DNA of 60,603 bases, the filler included, from Sandaracinaceae bacterium (GTDB lineage: Bacteria > Myxococcota_A > Polyangia > Polyangiales > JADJQN01): assembly GCA_947483975.1 (NCBI GenBank). It is 4 parts of 4 records of this genome, joined end to end, with 100 filler letters (N's around TTAATTAATTAA, not from the genome) between each part and the next. Parts side by side here need not be neighbours in the genome. Positions count along the whole stretch, not along the records: positions 45,576 to 60,603 come from CANKOL010000101.1; 3 more parts are not named here. One strand, 5' to 3'. A program made the translations under genes and the position numbers. Shown here piece by piece: positions 54,918 to 60,603 of the stretch. The notes below the pieces were generated by a model. That model ran no database searches. It was not told where the DNA came from and worked only from the letters and a program-made list of their open reading frames with translations. How positions within the stretch are numbered: the first letter of the stretch is position 1; every line of letters begins with the position of its first letter.

Positions 54918-57374
54918 ATGTCTCAGCCGAACCTCCCGAAGCACGCTCGCGTCGTCGTCATCGGAGGGGGCGTGATCGGCGCCTCCGTCGCGTATCACCT
55001 CGCCCATATGGGCTGGAAAGACGTCGTGTTGCTCGAGCGCGACAAGCTGACCTCGGGGACGACGTGGCACGCGGCGGGGCTGATGGTGACGTTCGGTTCG
55101 ACGTCCGAGACCTCGACGGAGATGCGCAAGTACACGCGGGATCTCTACGCGCGGCTGGAGGCCGAGACGGGGCAGGCGACGGGCTTTCGGCCGTGCGGCT
55201 TCATCGAGGTCGCGGGCGACGCGGACCGACTCGAGGAGTACCGCAGGGTCTCCGCGTTCAATCGCTACTGCGGCATCGACGTGCAGGAGATCTCGCCGTC
55301 GGAGGTGAAGAGGCTGTTCCCCCTCGCGAAGGTCGATGACCTCCTCGCGGGCTTCTACGTGCCGCAGGACGGTCGCGTCGACCCGGTGGACGTCACGATG
55401 GCGCTCGGCAAGGGCGCGCGGATGCAGGGCGCGACGATCCTCGAGGGCGTGCCCGCGCTCGGCGTCGTGACCAAGCGCGGCGCCGTCGCGGGCGTCGACA
55501 CGCCCTTCGGCACGATCGAGTGCGAATACGTCGTCAACTGCGCGGGGATGTGGGCGCGCCAGCTCGGCGCGAAGAATGGCATCAACATCCCGCTGCAATC
55601 GACTGAGCACTACTACCTGATCACGGGGAAGATCCCCGGCATCGAGCGGGATTGGCCGGTGCTCGAGGACCCGGGTTCGTATGGCTATTTCCGCGAGGAG
55701 GGCGGCGGGCTGATGGTCGGCCTCTTCGAGCCTGTGTGCGCGCCGTGGAAGGTCGGCGGCGTGCCGGAGGACTTCAGCTTCGGCGAGATCCCGCCCGACT
55801 GGGAGCGCATGACTCCCTATCTCGAGAAGGCGATGGCGCGAGTGCCGGTGTCGGCCGAGGCGGGCGTCAAGAAGTTCTTCTGCGGGCCGGAGAGCTTCAC
55901 TCCCGACCTGCGCCCCGTCGTCGGCGAGGCGCCCGAGGTGAAGAACTACTTCGTCGCGGCGGGCCTGAATTCCATCGGAATTCTGACGGGCGGCGGGCTC
56001 GGTCGCGTGATGGCGCACTGGCTCGTCAACGGGAGCCCTGACGTCGACATCACGGGCATGAACATCGACAGACTCCACACCTATCAGTCGAACCCGGAGT
56101 ATCGGCGGACTCGCACGGTGGAGTCGCTCGGCCTGGTCTATCAGTGCCATTATCCGACGAAGTCGATGACGACGGCGCGCGACGCCAAGCGCTCGCCGGT
56201 GCACGACCGGCTCGCCGCGCAGGGCGCGTATTTCAAGGACGTCAGCGGCTGGGAGGGCGCGGACTGGTACGCAGGCAAGGGCGAGACGCCCGACCCCGGT
56301 CCGCTCTCGTGGGGGCGGCAGCGCTGGTTCGGGGTTTGGGAGGCGGAGCATCGCGCCGCGCGCGAGGGCGTGATCCTGATGGATATGTCCTTCATGTCGA
56401 AGTTCCGCGTCGAGGGGCGCGACGCCGGCAGGCTGCTCAATCAGCTCTCGGCGAACGAGGTCGACGGTGAGAGCGGGCGCATCACCTACACCCAGTGGCT
56501 CAACGAGGGCGGCACTCTCGAGGCGGATCTCACGGTCGCCAAGCTCGAGGAGGGGCGGTACTTCGTCGTCGCCACGGACACCGCGCATCGGCACGTCGAG
56601 ACGCGGATGCGGCGCCTCTTCGAGGATGGGCACGCGTTCTGCTCGGACGTGACCTCGGCGTACGCGCAGCTGAACGTGCAGGGGCCGCGCTCGCGCGAGC
56701 TGCTCCAGTCGCTGACGACGGTGGACCTCTCGAACGAGGCGTTCCCGTTCCGCGCCGCGAAGGAGATCGACGTCGGCTTCGCGCGCGCGCTCTGCGTGCG
56801 CATCACGTACCTGGGCGAGCTCGGCTACGAGCTGTACGTGCCCGCCGAGCAGGCGGTGCACGTCTACGACCGGATCGTCGCGGCGGGCGAGCCGCTCGGG
56901 CTGCGGCACGCGGGGCTCAAGGCGCTCGCGTCGTTGCGGATGGAGAAGGGCTATCGCGACTACGGGCACGACATCGACAACACGGACTGCGTGCTCGAGG
57001 CGGGGCTCGGCTTCGCCGTCGATCTGAAGAAGCCGGGCGGCTTCATCGGCAAGGAGGCCGTGCTGCGGAAGAAGGCCGCCGGGCCGCTTCAGCGCCGGAT
57101 TCTGCAGGTGCTCGTCAAGGACCCCGAGCCGCTGATGTTTCACGCGGAGCCCGTGTGGCGCGACGGCAAGCCGGTCGGCTACGTGCGCGCGGCGTCTTAT
57201 GGCTTCTCGCTCGGTGGCGCGGTCGGGCTCGTCATGGTCGAGGCGGGCGAGGCGCTCGATCAGAGGTACGTCGACTCGGGCGTGTGGGAGGTCGAGATCG
57301 CCGGGCGACGCTACCCGGCGATGGCGTCGCTCAAGCCGCTCTACGATCCCGAGATGAAGAAGGTGAAGGCCTGA
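54918..57374 (+). CDS. GcvT-family FAD/folate-dependent oxidoreductase (dimethylglycine/sarcosine dehydrogenase-like)
   Basis: 'VIGGGVIG', 'TSGTTWHAAG', 'GPESFTPD', 'YLGELGYELY', 'SLRMEKGY'. Confidence 0.92.
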   Translation: MSQPNLPKHARVVVIGGGVIGASVAYHLAHMGWKDVVLLERDKLTSGTTWHAAGLMVTFGSTSETSTEMRKYTRDLYARLEAETGQATGFRPCGFIEVAGDADRLEEYRRVSAFNRYCGIDVQEISPSEVKRLFPLAKVDDLLAGFYVPQDGRVDPVDVTMALGKGARMQGATILEGVPALGVVTKRGAVAGVDTPFGTIECEYVVNCAGMWARQLGAKNGINIPLQSTEHYYLITGKIPGIERDWPVLEDPGSYGYFREEGGGLMVGLFEPVCAPWKVGGVPEDFSFGEIPPDWERMTPYLEKAMARVPVSAEAGVKKFFCGPESFTPDLRPVVGEAPEVKNYFVAAGLNSIGILTGGGLGRVMAHWLVNGSPDVDITGMNIDRLHTYQSNPEYRRTRTVESLGLVYQCHYPTKSMTTARDAKRSPVHDRLAAQGAYFKDVSGWEGADWYAGKGETPDPGPLSWGRQRWFGVWEAEHRAAREGVILMDMSFMSKFRVEGRDAGRLLNQLSANEVDGESGRITYTQWLNEGGTLEADLTVAKLEEGRYFVVATDTAHRHVETRMRRLFEDGHAFCSDVTSAYAQLNVQGPRSRELLQSLTTVDLSNEAFPFRAAKEIDVGFARALCVRITYLGELGYELYVPAEQAVHVYDRIVAAGEPLGLRHAGLKALASLRMEKGYRDYGHDIDNTDCVLEAGLGFAVDLKKPGGFIGKEAVLRKKAAGPLQRRILQVLVKDPEPLMFHAEPVWRDGKPVGYVRAASYGFSLGGAVGLVMVEAGEALDQRYVDSGVWEVEIAGRRYPAMASLKPLYDPEMKKVKA

Positions 57375-57389
57375 GCGGCGCGCCCGTCG

Positions 57390-58733
57390 TCAGACGGCGG
57401 GCTTCGGCGCCTTGCCGAGCAGGTTCAGCACGAGGGAGAAGAGCACGACGGCGACGACGCCGAAGAGCGCCTCGGTGTAGAGCAGGGAGGTCGGGCCGGG
57501 CGCTCCGTGGAAGAGGCCGACGACCTTCGCGAGCCAGACGTCGAAGGCGCCCGGAGGCACCGGCGCGCCGCCGCCCGTGGGCGTCGTCGTCGTGCCGAGC
57601 GCGCTGTCTGCGACGCGTCCGAGCAGCAGGCCGAGCCACCAGATCGGGAAGTTCGAGAGAGACGCGAAGAAGCTGTACTTCGTCGCGGCGGACCCCGAGC
57701 CGATGGCGCTGAGCACGACGGCGGTGAAGCCGGAGTACGCGAGGCCGACGGCGAACGAGTAGATCATGTTCCAGCCGATGTACATCGTGACCGTCGCGGG
57801 GGAGAGCCCCATGCCGATGGCGATGAACGCGAGCGCGAGGCCGATCCCTGCGTAGACCGTGCGCGGGTGAAAGCGATCGCAGAGCCAGCCGCCGGCGAAG
57901 CAACCGGCGGTCATCACGACGCCGCCGAAGAGACCCTGCACGAGCCCGACCTCGGTCGCGCCTGCGCCCCAGTGCTTGGCGATCTCGGCCTGCGCGAGCA
58001 CGCCCTGCGCGGCGCCCGTGCCGATCGGCAGCACGCAGAGGAGCGCCGAGAGGAAGCCCGCGCGCGTCTTGAGCATCGCCCACACGTCTCGGACGACGGT
58101 CGTGGTCGCGCCCCACACGCCGCCCGCCGGCTTGTGCGCCTGGATGTCCGGCACCCAGCGGAGCGCGAGGCAGCACGCCATGAACGCGCTCGCCATCAGC
58201 GCGCCTGCCATCCACGGCGCCGGAAGTACTTGGAGCAGCAACAATCCGAGCGCGCCGCCGAACGCCGCGCCGCCGAGGTTGCCCGCTTGGAACCACGCGC
58301 TCACGCGGCCTTGCTCGGCCTCGCTCGTCGTGACGGCCATGATCGCCTCGATGGCCATGCCGACGATCGAGTTGATCAGGCTCGCCGCCGCGATGATCAC
58401 GAGCAGCAGCGGGAGCGTGCGCTCGTTGATCGGCAGGGCGGACATCCCGAAGACGCCGAGGGCCGAGGCCGCGGTCGCGAAGACGTACCACTTCTTCGGC
58501 GAGAGGGTGACGTCGACCATCGGCGCCCACGTCCACTTGAGCCAGCTCGTCAGCAGGTTCGCGCCGTTGAGGAGCGACGTGTCCGTGACCGAGAGCCCGT
58601 TCGCGCTCGCCATGAAGGTGAGCGCGACGCCGACGAAGCCCGAGAGCGCTCCGAACGGGATGTAGAGGAGCGTGTAGACGACCGGGTGCGGTACGCGCAT
58701 CGGCTCGGTGGTCGTGGCTTGGCCAGTGGTCAA
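57390..58733 (-). CDS. MFS transporter (AmpG-like)
   Basis: About 12 TMs; 'WLKWTWAPMVD', 'AATKYSFFASLSN'. Confidence 0.82.
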   Translation of the reverse strand: MTTGQATTTEPMRVPHPVVYTLLYIPFGALSGFVGVALTFMASANGLSVTDTSLLNGANLLTSWLKWTWAPMVDVTLSPKKWYVFATAASALGVFGMSALPINERTLPLLLVIIAAASLINSIVGMAIEAIMAVTTSEAEQGRVSAWFQAGNLGGAAFGGALGLLLLQVLPAPWMAGALMASAFMACCLALRWVPDIQAHKPAGGVWGATTTVVRDVWAMLKTRAGFLSALLCVLPIGTGAAQGVLAQAEIAKHWGAGATEVGLVQGLFGGVVMTAGCFAGGWLCDRFHPRTVYAGIGLALAFIAIGMGLSPATVTMYIGWNMIYSFAVGLAYSGFTAVVLSAIGSGSAATKYSFFASLSNFPIWWLGLLLGRVADSALGTTTTPTGGGAPVPPGAFDVWLAKVVGLFHGAPGPTSLLYTEALFGVVAVVLFSLVLNLLGKAPKPAV

Positions 58734-58797
58734 GGCGGTGTCCTCTGAAGGGGGAGCGACGGTACACGCGCCGCCGCGCGGCGGCTAGCCCGGCGTC

Positions 58798-59772
58798 TCA
58801 GAGCGCGAGGTGAAAGACGCGCTCGACGGGCGGCGGGGCGCTGCAGCGTGGGGGGCTCGCGTACTGCGCGCGCACGACGAGCACGCCGCGCGCGGCGTCG
58901 AGCCAAGCGCTCGAGAGCGACGCTGCGCTCGTCACGTCGCGCCCCTCGCAGCGGGAGACCCGCGGCTCGAGCGTCGCGCGCAGGAGCTCGCGCCTGTCGG
59001 TCGTGAGCGCGACCAGCGTGCCCGTGGACGGGTCGAAGTCGAGGGTGAATCCCGCGGCGGCGCTCGTCCGGTGCGCGCTCGCGCCCGTCGTCCCCGCGGA
59101 GAGCGGGGCGGAGGCGAGCGGCGTGAAGCCACCGTGGGTCATCGCCGCGGTGAAGGCGGTGATGCGCGCCTCGAGCTGCGCCCGCAGCGCGGGAGCGGGG
59201 GCGTCGGCGTCTTCGAGCGTGAGCGCCTCTTCCGGGCTGACGATCAAGTAGTCCTGCTGGGGCGCACCGTCGCTCGCGCGCACGCAGCGCACCAGCAAAG
59301 CGGAGGTCGCCGTCTCGGCGTCGGTGACCGCGAGCGCAACCTCGGTGCCGTCGGCAGAGAGCGCGGGGAGCCCAGCTTCGGTGGGCGTCAGCGACTCGTC
59401 GAGCACGATGCGCGGTCGCTCGCCCCGCGGCGGACACGCGCTCGTCGCGCCGGGTACGCAGACGCGCTCGGGGGGAGCGCCGCTCTCGAGCGGTTGCTCC
59501 GGCGCGGTCGGGGCTGCGCGGGGGCCCGGGAGGTCATACGCGGAGGCACGGAGCGCGTGCTCACAGACGACCGGCGGCAGCGGCTGGGCCGTCGTGGCGC
59601 GCGTGCGCACCGCGCCTCCGCCGCACGCGCAGAGGGCGAGCGAGCAGAGGACGGAAAGCGAAAGCCCGCGCAGGGGAGCCCGCGCGAGCGCGATGGAACG
59701 CAAAAACGCGCGCAGAGTCGGCTGCGCGCGCCACGATCGCGCGCCTGGCCTCGGCTGCCGCGCAGAATGCAC
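58798..59772 (-). CDS. Hypothetical lipoprotein (start uncertain)
   Basis: 'LCSLALCACGGG' lipobox-like; the upstream part of the tracked ORF overlaps rpmG and is spurious. Confidence 0.5.
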   Translation of the reverse strand: MHSARQPRPGARSWRAQPTLRAFLRSIALARAPLRGLSLSVLCSLALCACGGGAVRTRATTAQPLPPVVCEHALRASAYDLPGPRAAPTAPEQPLESGAPPERVCVPGATSACPPRGERPRIVLDESLTPTEAGLPALSADGTEVALAVTDAETATSALLVRCVRASDGAPQQDYLIVSPEEALTLEDADAPAPALRAQLEARITAFTAAMTHGGFTPLASAPLSAGTTGASAHRTSAAAGFTLDFDPSTGTLVALTTDRRELLRATLEPRVSRCEGRDVTSAASLSSAWLDAARGVLVVRAQYASPPRCSAPPPVERVFHLAL

Positions 59773-59798
59773 GGCAGCGAGCGGCGGCGCGACGACCG

Positions 59799-59960
59799 TC
59801 AGCCCTTGCTGATCTTGCCTTCTTTGTGGAGCTTGTGGGTGCGGCACGCGGGGCAGAACTTCTTGATCGAGAACTTCTCGGTCATGGTCCGCTTGTTCTT
59901 GGACGTGTAGTAGTTCGCCCGGGTGCAGGTCTCGCAGGTGAGCTTGATGAGGTCGCGCAT
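59799..59960 (-). CDS. rpmG: 50S ribosomal protein L33 (four-Cys zinc-ribbon form); absent from ORF track
   Basis: MRDLIKLTCETCTRANYYTSKNKRTMTEKFSIKKFCPACRTHKLHKEGKISKG translated by hand. Confidence 0.95.
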   Translation of the reverse strand: MRDLIKLTCETCTRANYYTSKNKRTMTEKFSIKKFCPACRTHKLHKEGKISKG

Positions 59961-60089
59961 GACGTCTTTCCTCGAACGGTCTCCGGCCAGTCGACACGCA
60001 CTGTCGGCTCGAACGTTCTATCGGTCCCCGGGTCGCGGAGAGGGCGGCAGTCTAGCCAGCGCGCCCCCGCCGTCAAGCGTGTTGCGCGG

Positions 60090-60603
60090 CTACTGAGCGA
60101 GTCGCTGCGTCGCGGTGCGGTCCGCGGGGTCGATCCCGAGGGCATCTTGGTACGCCTGGCGTGCGCCCGCGGCGTCGCCCGCAGCCCGCTTCGCGTCGCC
60201 GAGGAGCACGCGCGCCTCGGTGCGCCGCCGACGAAGCGAGACCAGTTTCGAGGCCCATTCCACTGCGCCCGTGGTGTTTCCGGTGCGCAGATACAGCCGC
60301 GCGAGCGCCTCGACGGGGTGCGGGTTGCGCACGGAGAGCTCCGTCGCGCGCAGGAGCAGGGCCGCCGCGCGCCCAGGCTCGGCCAACGACTCGGCCTGGT
60401 CGGTCAGGCGATCGCATTCGGCGTCTGGGTCCGTCCCGGGGTCGGTGGGAACCGCCGCGAGCGCGCTGCCCGCGTCCGGGGCGACCTGCTCGGCGGTGGG
60501 GTCCGGCGTCGGCAGCGGTGTCGGCAGCGGTGCCGGCACGGCAGGTACGTCGGGCACGGCGGGCACATCGGGCACGGCGACTGGCGGGGGCGCGAGCGGG
60601 GCG
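60090..60603 (-). CDS. TPR-repeat protein C-terminus with Pro-rich linker, 5'-truncated
   Basis: PDVPAV/PTPL repeats then TPR-like 'ARVLLGDA....GD..GA..AY..AL.IDP'. Confidence 0.72.
   Translation of the reverse strand, partial: APLAPPPVAVPDVPAVPDVPAVPAPLPTPLPTPDPTAEQVAPDAGSALAAVPTDPGTDPDAECDRLTDQAESLAEPGRAAALLLRATELSVRNPHPVEALARLYLRTGNTTGAVEWASKLVSLRRRRTEARVLLGDAKRAAGDAAGARQAYQDALGIDPADRTATQRLAQ

Noticed and set aside
59960..60090. tRNA next to rpmG
   Set aside because: No cloverleaf, T-loop GTTCRA in a proper stem, or CCA end recognised

Overview
GC-rich, Myxococcota-like (inferred from Oar-type TBDR, Cys-rich lipoproteins and gene content) draft or MAG sequence. It is four separate ~15-kb contigs (1-15108, 15209-30300, 30401-45475, 45576-60603) joined by artificial 100-nt N linkers containing TTAATTAATTAA, so adjacency across linkers has no biological meaning. 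Contig 1: CusCBA-type Cu/Ag RND efflux operon with a CupA-like cupredoxin lipoprotein, a FadL-type porin, and rpsF-rpsR-rplI-[Oar-like TBDR, YfiR]-dnaB with an S6:S18 leader RNA. Contig 2: an accessory minus-strand gene run (three orphans, RadC/JAB, macrodomain, sensor-less sigma54 activator, Rad52-like annealase, PD-(D/E)XK nuclease interrupted by an IS1182 element), then a divergent heavy-metal island (CadD, Cys-rich RPP leader, CzcB/CzcA, BlaI/M56 pair with two matching operators, TolC, second CzcB). Contig 3: ansA, PAS hybrid kinase, tkt, metallophosphoesterase, DUF3025, a ~23-heme lipoprotein cytochrome, tal, vWA-ECF-anti-sigma. Contig 4: S1 protease, FIST (NosP-like) plus hybrid kinase, a G6P dehydrogenase fused to a cyclic-nucleotide-binding domain, short CorA-like protein, G4-amylase-like GH13, VOC protein with a histone-H1-like tail, GcvT-family dehydrogenase, MFS, rpmG. 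Best novelty candidates are the annealase/nuclease/macro/JAB module, the cNMP-G6PDH fusion, the multiheme cytochrome and the BlaI-controlled metal efflux locus. All family calls come from motif recognition only; no database search was run.
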